NCBI GenBank assembly: GCA_029288775.1 | Contig: JARIGQ010000003.1 | Coordinates: 1-52,381 of the forward strand | Reading direction: 5' to 3' | DNA from: Candidatus Nomurabacteria bacterium | GTDB lineage: Bacteria > Patescibacteriota > Minisyncoccia > Phycocordibacterales > UBA5272 | DNA: 52,381 nt | Shown here: positions 1 through 8,758 of the stretch, piece by piece | Layout: every line of letters starts with the position of its first letter | Numbering within the stretch: the stretch's first letter is position 1 | Program-made: the position numbers and the translations under genes | The notes under the pieces: model-generated | The model's database searches: none | Seen by the model: the letters and a program-made list of their open reading frames with translations, nothing else | What the model was told of the DNA's origin: nothing

Positions 1-1
1 A

Positions 2-337
2 GATCACTTTTTCAAGGAAATCAAAAAAGCAATTCCTGAAGTTACTATCTATGGTGATCTCAAAGATCGTCTTCCGAACAATATCAATATTCGCGTGCCT
101 GGCATTCCATCGGATGAAATGATACTTCGCTTGGATGCAAAGGGTTTTGCGGTATCGCATAAGTCTGCTTGTGCTTCCCAGGAGACCGATGGAAGCTATG
201 TACTTGTAGCGCTTGGGGCAAGCGAACAGGAAGCGCTTGAAAATGTTCGCATTACGATGGGGTGCGATACGACCAAAGAGGATATAGATGCACTTGTACA
301 AGCAATTAAGGAGATCAAAGAGAAGTTTGCTCGATAG
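2..337 (+). CDS. cysteine desulfurase (NifS/IscS-like class V aminotransferase), C-terminal fragment; 5' end is outside the window
   Basis: The frame is open from position 2 (DHFFKEIKKAIPEVTIYGD...GFAVSHKSACAS...ITMGCDTTKEDIDALV). The SACAS active-site Cys loop context is present. TAG stop at 335-337. Confidence 0.7.
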   Translation, partial: DHFFKEIKKAIPEVTIYGDLKDRLPNNINIRVPGIPSDEMILRLDAKGFAVSHKSACASQETDGSYVLVALGASEQEALENVRITMGCDTTKEDIDALVQAIKEIKEKFAR

Positions 338-390
338 GGGTTTGTAGTACACTAGAAACTATCATTTACTAACTAATATATTTTATTATT

Positions 391-951
391 ATGTACGAAC
401 CAAAAGATTTTTCGCACCTCCTTGGGCTTCAAGGATTTAGCGACACCTTATTGAATAATCACTTCACGCTCTATCAGGGGTACGTGAAGAATACGAATGC
501 TTTGATCGAAAAGTTCAAGTCTATTGATCCTGCATCGGCAGAAGCCGCTGAGCTTCATCGACGATTTGGATGGGAGTGGAACGGCATGCGTCTCCATGAG
601 CTTTATTTTGGCAATATGGTAAAAGGTGGAGTGAATCTAAGCGAGCGTATTCTTAAGCAAAAGATTGATGCAACATGGGGATCGGTAGAGAATTGGCAGA
701 AAGAATTTACCAGCATGGCGGCTATGCGCGGAATCGGCTGGGTTATCTTGGCTCATGATAAAAGAGAAGGAAAGCTTTTCAATGTGTGGATCAATGAGCA
801 TGATGCGGGGCACCTAGCGGGAGCAACCCCGCTTCTTGTGATGGATGTGTTTGAACATGCGTTCATGGTTGACTATGGGCTTAAGCGTGCGGATTACATC
901 AACGCCTTCATGGCATCTATTGATTGGCATGCGGTAGAAGAAAGGATATAG
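391..951 (+). CDS. Fe/Mn superoxide dismutase-family protein (divergent)
   Basis: 186 aa. DVFEHAFMVDY matches the DVWEHAYY Asp/His ligand motif, and LHELYF matches the second His-ligand region. The N-terminal NNHFTLYQGYV aligns to HHxKHHxxYV, but the first His ligand position is ambiguous. Confidence 0.6.
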   Translation: MYEPKDFSHLLGLQGFSDTLLNNHFTLYQGYVKNTNALIEKFKSIDPASAEAAELHRRFGWEWNGMRLHELYFGNMVKGGVNLSERILKQKIDATWGSVENWQKEFTSMAAMRGIGWVILAHDKREGKLFNVWINEHDAGHLAGATPLLVMDVFEHAFMVDYGLKRADYINAFMASIDWHAVEERI

Positions 952-989
952 GACGCAAAAAACGCACAAATATTACTAAAGTACATAGT

Positions 990-1017
990 AAAAACGGACC
1001 TCAAAGGTCCGTTTTTA
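990..1017 (+). terminator. rho-independent terminator after the SOD-like gene
   Basis: AAAACGGACC-tcaaa-GGTCCGTTTT hairpin followed by a T-run. Confidence 0.75.
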
Positions 1018-1147
1018 CTTAATGAGCCTTAGTTTTCAAGGCAAAGAGGCACAATATGGTTTCAATACCACTATTTTTCAATGGTTTTTGGAGAAATTTC
1101 CCTAAAACGCCTTGAAGAATAAGGGTAAAAAAGTTTGAAATAGTTCA

Positions 1148-1175
1148 TTGACTTCCCATAGTACTTCCGTACAAT
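1148..1175 (+). promoter_or_regulatory. sigma70-like promoter upstream of the 1248 gene
   Basis: TTGACT (1148-1153), 16-nt spacer, TACAAT (1170-1175). Confidence 0.5.
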
Positions 1176-1247
1176 GGAATGTAACGCTATATCGCTTCGT
1201 GCCATATCAACGCAACTCGAAACGCTTAAAAAAGCGTTTTTAATTGT

Positions 1248-2699
1248 ATGCACAAAACTTTGACTTCGAATCGTTTACTCGATACTGCCTTGGCGGGACT
1301 AGGTATCGGGTTTGTACTTTTATTCGTTTTATCTACCAACGCTTCGGCTGCTACTGCCTGTAATCTCTCGTTTGGAATGACGACAACTACAGTTGCCGTA
1401 CAACCTGGGGGAAATCTTACACGGACCGTTACGGTAAAAAATACTGGTGCGGGAATTTGTAAGCAACCAAGCTTCTCTTTGTACTATGCGCCGAATGAAA
1501 CTTTCGTTTCTGCAACACCTGCTGCGCGAGCTGCGAACTATTATTGGACACTTCCCAGTCTTGGAGCCGGTAAGTCAACGACGGTTACGGTGACGACAAA
1601 GCATAATTCTTCTGTTGAAGGTTCAACCATTGATACGGAAGGGTGTGCGACAGCAAACAATGGGCAAGATGCATGTGCAACGTCATCGGTTGCTGTGGGT
1701 GCAGGTTCGACTGGTTCGGTGAGTACTCCTTCAGTTCCGACACCAACACCTTCAACTCCGACAACTGATCCAGCAACGACACCTGTTTCTACTCCTACGC
1801 CTGCGCCAGTAACTTCGGGCAAGGAACAGGGTATGTGGATTTGGGACTTCCCATCACAGATGTTAAGTTCGACAGCTGATACGAAGCTTAAGACGCTTCA
1901 AGCGAAAGGATTCAATACGGTGTATATTACCGTAGACGACTATCTCGACATCGCAAACATGGCAGATGGCTCTGCAAAGACTGCTACAATGAATACTTAC
2001 TTTAGCAATCTCGCTGCCTTTGTAAAAAAGGCAAATGGGTATGGTATGCAGGTAGATGCTGAAGCCGGATGGCGTGATTGGGCAAAGCAGGAAAATCGCT
2101 ACAAGGGATTTGCCATCATTGATATGGTAAAGGCGTATAACAGTGCTCATCCAGAAGCCCGTCTTCGTGGATTCGAATACGACGTTGAACCATATCTTCT
2201 TCCTGAGTATGAGACCAACAAAGGGCCGGTACTTACTGATTACGTAGCATTTGTCGATCAGTCAGTACAGCGCCTTGTGGGAACGGATATCAAATTCTCA
2301 ATTACTATTCCGCACTTCTACGATGACGTTGTAGGGTGGACACCTAAGATTACCTACGGTGGAACAACCGATTATACGTACACTATCTTGCTTAAGATTC
2401 TGGAAAAGAAACCAGGAAGCGAAATCCTTCTTATGTCCTATCGAAATACCTTCGCTGGATCAAACGGAACACGCGCTGTTTCTGAAACAGAAGTTAAAGA
2501 AGCAAGCGGTACGCATACAACGGTAATCGTTGGCCAGGAAACTGGTAACGTAGATCCGGCGTACACGACCTTCTACGGCATGAGTAAGACTGATGTTGCT
2601 AATGCAATCTCGACCATCGGTTCTGCATTCTCGTCGTACAGTAACTACGCGGGAACAGCAGTGGACTATCTTGATCCATACATGGCGCTTGGCAATTAA
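1248..2699 (+). CDS. exported protein of unknown function (signal/TM, Thr/Pro-rich linker, possible glycoside-hydrolase-like TIM-barrel domain)
   Basis: 483 aa. It has an N-terminal hydrophobic segment (LAGLGIGFVLLFVLSTNASA) and a linker (STPSVPTPTPSTPTTDPATTPVSTPTPAP). The C-terminal region starting GMWIWDF...KGFNTVYITVDDY resembles GH-like barrels. The family is not certain. Confidence 0.45.
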   Translation: MHKTLTSNRLLDTALAGLGIGFVLLFVLSTNASAATACNLSFGMTTTTVAVQPGGNLTRTVTVKNTGAGICKQPSFSLYYAPNETFVSATPAARAANYYWTLPSLGAGKSTTVTVTTKHNSSVEGSTIDTEGCATANNGQDACATSSVAVGAGSTGSVSTPSVPTPTPSTPTTDPATTPVSTPTPAPVTSGKEQGMWIWDFPSQMLSSTADTKLKTLQAKGFNTVYITVDDYLDIANMADGSAKTATMNTYFSNLAAFVKKANGYGMQVDAEAGWRDWAKQENRYKGFAIIDMVKAYNSAHPEARLRGFEYDVEPYLLPEYETNKGPVLTDYVAFVDQSVQRLVGTDIKFSITIPHFYDDVVGWTPKITYGGTTDYTYTILLKILEKKPGSEILLMSYRNTFAGSNGTRAVSETEVKEASGTHTTVIVGQETGNVDPAYTTFYGMSKTDVANAISTIGSAFSSYSNYAGTAVDYLDPYMALGN

Positions 2700-2724
2700 C
2701 AGCAAGCACTCTATATGTTCTCAA

Positions 2725-2759
2725 AAAACAAAACCGGCAAAAGCCGGTTTTGTTTTTTT
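2725..2759 (+). terminator. rho-independent terminator
   Basis: AAAACAAAACCGGC-aaaa-GCCGGTTTTGTTTT followed by a T-run. Confidence 0.8.
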
Positions 2760-2944
2760 GAGTATATTGTTTGCCGTAGTTGACTTTCTTTTCTTGTTTG
2801 TTAGAAATAAGGTATACAGAGACGCCCGCTTATCCACCTTGATTGTCACGACTGCACCACAGAAAACGTTATACTGAAAGAAAGAAAATCCCGTACACGT
2901 CTGTAGTACTGAGTATCACATTAGTAACTGAACTTTCGAAACCC

Positions 2945-5641
2945 ATGCCCCCAAATTTCAACAATTTCACAACCAAAGCAAAGGAAGTGATTCGCCGGGC
3001 GCATGAACTTGCTATTGAGCGAGGACAGAACCAGGTGAGTCCGCTGCACTTAATGGGTGCGCTTCTTACACAAGAAGAGTCCCTTGTGCATGCTATTTTG
3101 GAAAAACTCGATATTGATATCGTACATCTTACTGATTCGATCGTAGATGCAATTGAAGTGCCAGGTGCATCAGCTACGATGAGTCCGTCATATCAGATGT
3201 ATTTGACACCTGAACTTGCAACGACACTTGAGATGTCGCTTAAGGTTGCGCAAGCGCTTGGAGATGAATTTGTCTCAACCGAGCATCTTTTCCTTGCGCT
3301 TTTGGAAGCACAAGGCCAAGTACGCGAAGTATTGGCCCGATTCCGCATCGACAAGGATGCTGCGTATCACACGCTTGAAGAACTTCGTTCGCAGAATATT
3401 ACTGAAGCTCAAGGTGGAAAGAAAAATAAAGCGCTTGCCAAGTATACGCGCAACTTTACTGAGCTTGCCAAGCAAGACAAACTCGATCCCGTGATTGGCC
3501 GTGATGTGGAAATCATGCGCCTTATGCAAATTCTTTCTCGTCGTACCAAGAATAATCCGATTCTGATCGGAGAGGCGGGGGTGGGGAAGACAGCTGTTGT
3601 CGAAGGATTGGCTATTCGTATGGCAAAGGGGGATGTGCCAGATTCGCTCAAGGATAAGGAGCTCGTGTCGCTTGATCTCGGTATGCTCATTGCCGGAACC
3701 AAATTCCGCGGTGAATTCGAAGAGCGCCTCAAAGCCATCATGAAGGAAATCGAACGGTCGCAAGGCGGCATCATTCTCTTCATTGATGAAATTCACACTA
3801 TCGTAGGAGCGGGGATGGCAGAAGGAGGGGCTGATGCGGCAAACCTCCTTAAGCCTGCGCTTTCTCGTGGCGAACTTCGTGCAATCGGAGCTACGACGCT
3901 TAAGGAATATCAAAAGCATATCGAAAAGGATCCGGCACTTGCACGTCGTTTCCAGCCGGTCTTTGTAGAAGAGCCATCCGAATCAGATGCCCTTGCTATT
4001 TTGCGCGGGCTTAAAGAAAAGTATGAACTATTCCACGGGGTGCGCATCACCGATGACGCTCTTGTTTCTGCGGTGAATCTTTCTACCCGTTATATTACGT
4101 CGCGATTCCTTCCGGATAAGGCAATTGACCTTATCGATGAAGCGGCTTCTTCGCTTCGTATTGCGCTTGAAAACAAACCACCTATCTTGGATGAAGCTCA
4201 TCGCAAGATAATGCGTTTGGAAATTGAAAAGGAAGCGCTCACCAAAGAACTCGTGGCTCATGAAGACGATGATGATACGGCAACCGAAAATCGCATTCGT
4301 GCAATTGATGAAGAAATTGCAAATGTGAAGGAAAAGACGCGAGAGCTTGAGCTTAAGTGGAAGAATGAAAAGAAAACATTAAGCGAAATTGGAGATATCA
4401 AAAAGACGCTCGAAGCGCTTCGTCTTGAATCCGAGAATGCCGAAATGCGCGGTGATCTTACTCGAATCGCGGAGATTCGTTATGGTCAAATTCCTGAACT
4501 TACTCGTGAGCTTCAGGAAAAAATGGAAAGACTAAAGAAGCTGCAAAAGACGCGTCGTATTCTCAAGGAAGAAATTACCGAAGAAGAAGTTGCTGCAGTT
4601 GTCGCCCGATGGACAGGTATTCCGGTATCTCGCATGCTTGAAGAGGAGGAAGAAAAGCTTGCGCGTATGGAAGACGAACTCGGGAAGCGCGTGGTTGGTC
4701 AGCGCGATCCGATTGAAAAGATTTCAGGCGCGGTGCGCCGTTCGCGAGCAGGCATCAATGACCCAGAACGTCCAATTGGTTCATTCCTTTTCCTTGGTCC
4801 AACAGGTGTGGGTAAAACCGAGCTCACCAAAGCATTAGCTTCTTTCATGTTCAATGACGAAAAAGCGCTCATCAAGGTTGACATGAGTGAGTACATGGAA
4901 AAGCACAGCGTGTCTAAGCTCATTGGTTCACCCCCAGGATATGTCGGGTATGAAGAATCCGGCCAGCTTACAGAAGCGGTACGTCATCGCCCGTATGCTG
5001 TCATTCTTTTTGACGAGGTGGAAAAGGCACATCCGGAAGTATTCAACCTCCTCCTTCAAATGCTTGATGAAGGCCGTTTGACTGACTCAAAAGGTCGCGT
5101 GGTTAACTTCAAGAACACCATCATCATTATGACTTCCAATATCGGAAGTAACCATATTCAGAAGATGGAGCAGATTGGATTTGCAAATCACAGCGAAGGA
5201 AGCGAATATACCCAAGTGAAAGAGCGTGTTATGGATGCGCTTAAGGAATTCTTTAAGCCTGAATTCTTGAATCGTCTTGATGAAACAATTATCTTCGATG
5301 TCTTGAACCGCGATCAGGTCAAGCAAATTGTTGGACTCCAAATTAAGCAAATCGCAGACCGTTTGCTCCAGAAGGAAATTGTTCTAGAAGTGTCTGATGA
5401 TACGGTTGCACACATCGCTGATAAGTCGTTTGACCCTCATTATGGTGCGCGTCCAGTGAAGCGTTATATTCAGACACATATTCTCAACAAGATTGCTGCA
5501 CTCATGCTTTCTAAGAAGTTTATGAAGGGTGGCATTGCAGAAGTGTCGCTTGATAAGAAAGGGGAGATTGTTATTGAGGCTAAAAAGCCGAAGAAAATTC
5601 CAAGCCCAATTCAAAGTGAGGAGCTGGCAAAGAGTAAGTAA
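2945..5641 (+). CDS. clpB: ATP-dependent chaperone ClpB
   Basis: Start moved to ATG 2945 (MPPNFNNFTTKAKEVIRRAHELA, Clp N domain). It has two AAA+ modules (GEAGVGKT, GPTGVGKT) and a long coiled-coil middle domain. About 898 aa. Confidence 0.95.
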   Translation: MPPNFNNFTTKAKEVIRRAHELAIERGQNQVSPLHLMGALLTQEESLVHAILEKLDIDIVHLTDSIVDAIEVPGASATMSPSYQMYLTPELATTLEMSLKVAQALGDEFVSTEHLFLALLEAQGQVREVLARFRIDKDAAYHTLEELRSQNITEAQGGKKNKALAKYTRNFTELAKQDKLDPVIGRDVEIMRLMQILSRRTKNNPILIGEAGVGKTAVVEGLAIRMAKGDVPDSLKDKELVSLDLGMLIAGTKFRGEFEERLKAIMKEIERSQGGIILFIDEIHTIVGAGMAEGGADAANLLKPALSRGELRAIGATTLKEYQKHIEKDPALARRFQPVFVEEPSESDALAILRGLKEKYELFHGVRITDDALVSAVNLSTRYITSRFLPDKAIDLIDEAASSLRIALENKPPILDEAHRKIMRLEIEKEALTKELVAHEDDDDTATENRIRAIDEEIANVKEKTRELELKWKNEKKTLSEIGDIKKTLEALRLESENAEMRGDLTRIAEIRYGQIPELTRELQEKMERLKKLQKTRRILKEEITEEEVAAVVARWTGIPVSRMLEEEEEKLARMEDELGKRVVGQRDPIEKISGAVRRSRAGINDPERPIGSFLFLGPTGVGKTELTKALASFMFNDEKALIKVDMSEYMEKHSVSKLIGSPPGYVGYEESGQLTEAVRHRPYAVILFDEVEKAHPEVFNLLLQMLDEGRLTDSKGRVVNFKNTIIIMTSNIGSNHIQKMEQIGFANHSEGSEYTQVKERVMDALKEFFKPEFLNRLDETIIFDVLNRDQVKQIVGLQIKQIADRLLQKEIVLEVSDDTVAHIADKSFDPHYGARPVKRYIQTHILNKIAALMLSKKFMKGGIAEVSLDKKGEIVIEAKKPKKIPSPIQSEELAKSK

Positions 5642-5653
5642 CAGATACTCTTC

Positions 5654-5688
5654 AAAAAAGAAAGCACCCTGTGGGTGCTTTCTTTTTT
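5654..5688 (+). terminator. rho-independent terminator after clpB
   Basis: AAGAAAGCACCC-tgt-GGGTGCTTTCTT followed by a T-run. Confidence 0.8.
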
Positions 5689-5717
5689 GTCAAAAAATGT
5701 TAGAATATTTTTCACTT

Positions 5718-5801
5718 GCGTCGGTGGTGGAGTGGTCAATCACAACAGACTGTAAATCTGTCGCCCTTCGGGCTTCGCTGGTTCAAATCCAGCCCGGCGC
5801 A
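5718..5801 (+). tRNA. tRNA-Tyr (anticodon GTA), type II with long variable arm, CCA not encoded
   Basis: Acceptor GCGTCGG/CCGGCGC (one G-T pair). Anticodon arm ACAGA-CTGTAAA-TCTGT. Variable arm CGCCCTTCGGGC. T-arm GCTGG-TTCAAAT-CCAGC. Discriminator A. Confidence 0.9.
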
Positions 5802-5810
5802 CATGAAAGT

Positions 5811-5837
5811 AAAAAGACAGCAAGAAGCTGTCTTTTT
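5811..5837 (+). terminator. rho-independent terminator after tRNA-Tyr
   Basis: AAAAAGACAGC-aagaa-GCTGTCTTTTT. Confidence 0.8.
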
Positions 5838-5943
5838 ACTTTTACGATATAAGCCGCTAGATGTGAACAGGGTCGCGAAACTAGTTCGAGCCTTGCGAGG
5901 CAGATTTGTGATAATTTCACGCCCGCTCCACCACATTCGCTGT

Positions 5944-5949
5944 TATACT
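5944..5949 (+). promoter_or_regulatory. -10 hexamer TATACT (TGn-extended) 6 nt before ATG 5956; putative leaderless promoter
   Basis: cTGtTATACTgcagtaATG. Confidence 0.5.
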
Positions 5950-5955
5950 GCAGTA

Positions 5956-6576
5956 ATGAATATATTACTTATTATCATTGTACTCATTGCGGGTTGGTCC
6001 TTGTATGGATATTTTAGCTCTCATGTAGAGCAAGCACAGTACACAGTAGAGAAAAAAGCGAATGGATATGAGATCAGAAAATATCCTTCTCACATTGTAG
6101 CTCAGACTACGGTGGATGGTTCGTATGATCAAGCGGTAAGAAACGGCTTTAGTATTGTAGCGAACTATATTTTTGGAGCTAATGAGAAAAAGAACAAAAT
6201 CGCTATGACCTCCCCGGTTGTAGTGAAGGACACTCCTTCTGAAAAGATTGCCATGACAGCTCCCGTTATGGTTGAAGATGCAAGCAAAGAACGGGTGATT
6301 TCTTTTGGCATGCCAAAATCGTATACATTGGACACACTTCCAGTTCCGCTTGACCCGCGTGTAAAAGTGGTGGAAATTCCCGAAAAGAGAGTTGCCGCTA
6401 TTCGCTTTTCTGGCTATCGCAGCTATGCTCGTGTGCAGCGTATGGAACAAAAGCTCAGTGAATTGCTTGCTCAAGACGGCATTCAAACGACAGGAACACC
6501 TTTCTATGCTGGATACAATGCTCCTTGGACGCCTCCATGGATGATGCGCAACGAAGTAATGATTGAACTTCGCTAA
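5956..6576 (+). CDS. SOUL heme-binding family protein, membrane anchored
   Basis: Start moved to ATG 5956, because the track ORF start overlaps tRNA-Tyr. It has an N-terminal TM and a SOUL-like core (YEIRKYP, MTSPV, MTAPV, GYNAPWTPPWMMRNEVMIEL). Confidence 0.7.
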   Translation: MNILLIIIVLIAGWSLYGYFSSHVEQAQYTVEKKANGYEIRKYPSHIVAQTTVDGSYDQAVRNGFSIVANYIFGANEKKNKIAMTSPVVVKDTPSEKIAMTAPVMVEDASKERVISFGMPKSYTLDTLPVPLDPRVKVVEIPEKRVAAIRFSGYRSYARVQRMEQKLSELLAQDGIQTTGTPFYAGYNAPWTPPWMMRNEVMIELR

Positions 6577-6616
6577 TACATCTTGTTCTTTTGCTTGATA
6601 TACTGAATTACCATAT

Positions 6617-7738
6617 ATGGCACGTAAACAGAAAGTACAATTGAATTCGGCTGTTGTGCGTGCAGCTACTATCTCAGTACTCATAAGTGCCATTATTTTA
6701 GGAGGAGTTTTTTGGTATTCGCATGTGTCTACTCCACAAACCTATTCCAATATTGTTTCTATGGTTGCGGGGGAATCTTCTTCTACTGAAGTTGTTCCAC
6801 AGTATCCGCCACTTGATCAGAAAGCGTATGATGCTAAGCTTCTTTCACTTGCCAATCTCCCACGCCAAGCTACAAGTACTGCTACCTCCACTGCAACAAG
6901 CACTCTTAAAAAATATAAATGGCCTGTACAGAATCTTCCGTATCCTAAAGATGGAGCATTGCTTCCGTTTAATCGAATTGTTGCCTATTACGGTAATTTT
7001 TATTCCAAGCAAATGGGAGTACTTGGAGAATATCCACCAGATCAAGTATTGCAAAAGTTGCATTCCGAAGTAGAACACTGGGAGCAAGCAGACCCAAGCA
7101 CGCCTGTTATTCCTGCGATTCACTATATTGTGACGGTGGCTCAAGGTTCAGCAGGGGCTGACGGCGATTGGACAGCCCGCATGCCAGATGACCAGGTTCA
7201 AAAAGCTTTGGAGCTTGGAAAGGAAGCACATGGAGTTGTCTTTTTGGATGTGCAAGCTGGACAAAGCACAATTCAAAAAGAAGTCGCTGCTATTTCGGAG
7301 TACTTAAAGCTCCCTCAGGTTCATTTGGGTATTGATCCGGAATTTGCGATGAAAGGTGGACGAAAGCCGGGCGAGTACATCGGCACCCTTGATGCAAGTG
7401 AAATTAATGACGTAATTACTATGCTTTCCAAAATAGTAGATGAAAATAATCTGCCACCAAAGGTGCTCGTCGTACATCGTTTTACCGAGAATATGGTTAC
7501 TCACGCCAATCTCATTAAGCCAACTAAAGAAGTACAAGTGGTAATGACGATGGATGGATGGGGAACGCAGACGCTTAAGACTGGTATTTACAGACAGGTA
7601 GTTGCAAGTGAACCGGTGCAATTCACAGGCATCAAACTTTTTTATAAGAACGATTTAAGACCGCCGTCAACCGGTATACTTACTCCGGAAGCGATTCTCA
7701 AATGGAGTCCGCAGCCTAGCTACGTACAATATCAATAG
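6617..7738 (+). CDS. membrane-anchored protein of unknown function
   Basis: 373 aa. It has an N-terminal TM helix and a Ser/Thr repeat (TSTATSTATST). No family recognised. Confidence 0.5.
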   Translation: MARKQKVQLNSAVVRAATISVLISAIILGGVFWYSHVSTPQTYSNIVSMVAGESSSTEVVPQYPPLDQKAYDAKLLSLANLPRQATSTATSTATSTLKKYKWPVQNLPYPKDGALLPFNRIVAYYGNFYSKQMGVLGEYPPDQVLQKLHSEVEHWEQADPSTPVIPAIHYIVTVAQGSAGADGDWTARMPDDQVQKALELGKEAHGVVFLDVQAGQSTIQKEVAAISEYLKLPQVHLGIDPEFAMKGGRKPGEYIGTLDASEINDVITMLSKIVDENNLPPKVLVVHRFTENMVTHANLIKPTKEVQVVMTMDGWGTQTLKTGIYRQVVASEPVQFTGIKLFYKNDLRPPSTGILTPEAILKWSPQPSYVQYQ

Positions 7739-7739
7739 G

Positions 7740-7745
7740 TATACT
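7740..7745 (+). promoter_or_regulatory. -10 hexamer TATACT 6 nt before msrA ATG; putative leaderless promoter
   Basis: ggTATACTaagtgaATG. Confidence 0.5.
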
Positions 7746-7751
7746 AAGTGA

Positions 7752-8291
7752 ATGACTCAATCACTTATTCTAGCTGGCGGATGTTTTTGGTGTGTGGAAC
7801 ATGATGTAAAGGAGGCGCCTGGCGTGCTTTCGGTAACCTCAGGATATTCTGGCGGGGAGACCGACAATCCAACGTATGAAAACCATAAGGGGCATCGCGA
7901 AGTGGTGCTTGTAGCATATGATGACGAAAAGACTTCCTATAAGAAGTTGTTGCAGTTTTTCATCGACCACATCGATCCAACCGATGACGGTGGACAATTT
8001 GCAGATCGCGGCGAGAGCTACCGTACAGCCATTTATTTTGAAAACGACGAAGAGAAAGCAATTGCAGAAGCGGTGCTTACAGAGCTCGATGAATCTCATG
8101 TATATGACAAGCCTCATGCAGTGGACGTACTTCCGCGTAAGCCTTTTTACAAAGCTGAAGACTATCATCAGGATTATGCCAATAAAAATCCTACACACTA
8201 TAATCTCTATCGTGTGGGCTCTGGACGCGAAGCATTTGTAAATCGTACGTGCCAAATTCGTGAAGAGAAGAACATTCCGTGGAAGGAGTAG
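7752..8291 (+). CDS. msrA: peptide-methionine (S)-S-oxide reductase
   Basis: GGCFWC catalytic motif. 179 aa. Confidence 0.95.
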   Translation: MTQSLILAGGCFWCVEHDVKEAPGVLSVTSGYSGGETDNPTYENHKGHREVVLVAYDDEKTSYKKLLQFFIDHIDPTDDGGQFADRGESYRTAIYFENDEEKAIAEAVLTELDESHVYDKPHAVDVLPRKPFYKAEDYHQDYANKNPTHYNLYRVGSGREAFVNRTCQIREEKNIPWKE

Positions 8292-8297
8292 TATACT
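8292..8297 (+). promoter_or_regulatory. -10 hexamer TATACT 6 nt before msrB ATG; putative leaderless promoter
   Basis: gTATACTaagagtATG, nearly identical to the msrA arrangement. Confidence 0.5.
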
Positions 8298-8303
8298 AAG
8301 AGT

Positions 8304-8693
8304 ATGGATATACAAAAGCGAAAAGAAGCGTTAACTCCCGAAGAAAAGCATGTGCTGTTTGAAGGAGGAACTGAGGTGCCATTCACCGGTGCACTTTTGA
8401 ATGAGCATCGAAAGGGAAAGTTTGCCTGCAAAGTGTGTGGTACACCTCTATTTTCTTCGGATGCTAAATTCGAATCAGGTTCAGGTTGGCCGTCGTTTGA
8501 TCAGGCACTTCCAGGAGCAGTTGAATATGTGGAAGATACCTCGCTTGGCATGGTGCGTACCGAAGTGCGCTGTGCGACGTGCCATGCCCATTTAGGACAT
8601 GTGTTCGATGATGGACCCGCTACCACTGGTAAACGGTACTGCATGAATTCTATCTGCATGGAGTTTGAACCAGAAACTGAGAAAGAGATGTAA
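8304..8693 (+). CDS. msrB: peptide-methionine (R)-S-oxide reductase
   Basis: SelR domain with CKVCGTPLF, GWPSF and RCATCHAHLGHVFDDGP. Confidence 0.95.
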   Translation: MDIQKRKEALTPEEKHVLFEGGTEVPFTGALLNEHRKGKFACKVCGTPLFSSDAKFESGSGWPSFDQALPGAVEYVEDTSLGMVRTEVRCATCHAHLGHVFDDGPATTGKRYCMNSICMEFEPETEKEM

Positions 8694-8758
8694 TAAATCG
8701 TAAAGTTACATTGTACTTAGATGTACGCCTCAGGCTTTAGCATATTTCCTATTTTCCT

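Noticed and set aside
2760-2944. Heat-shock operator (CIRCE, HAIR or CtsR box) upstream of clpB.
   Set aside because: I found no TTAGCACTC-N9-GAGTGCTAA, CTTGAGT-N7-ACTCAAG or GGTCAAA repeat. There is only a weak AGTACT-containing imperfect repeat near 2908-2930.
3275-3919. Long antisense ORFs inside clpB (3275-3919 and 3409-3783). Similar shadow ORFs lie opposite other confident genes, for example 5965-6693, 8717-9280, 15878-16432, 43032-43724, 45683-46114, 48934-49449 and 49480-49956.
   Set aside because: Each lies entirely antisense to a gene with strong family motifs. Their amino-acid composition is low-complexity and unlike real proteins, and none has an expression signal. They are typical shadow ORFs.
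5846-5955. The sequence ...cgcccgCTCCACCA (5921-5933) resembles a tRNA or tmRNA 3' end downstream of tRNA-Tyr.
   Set aside because: No T-arm precedes it and no complementary 5' acceptor strand is found within a plausible distance. I treat it as chance.
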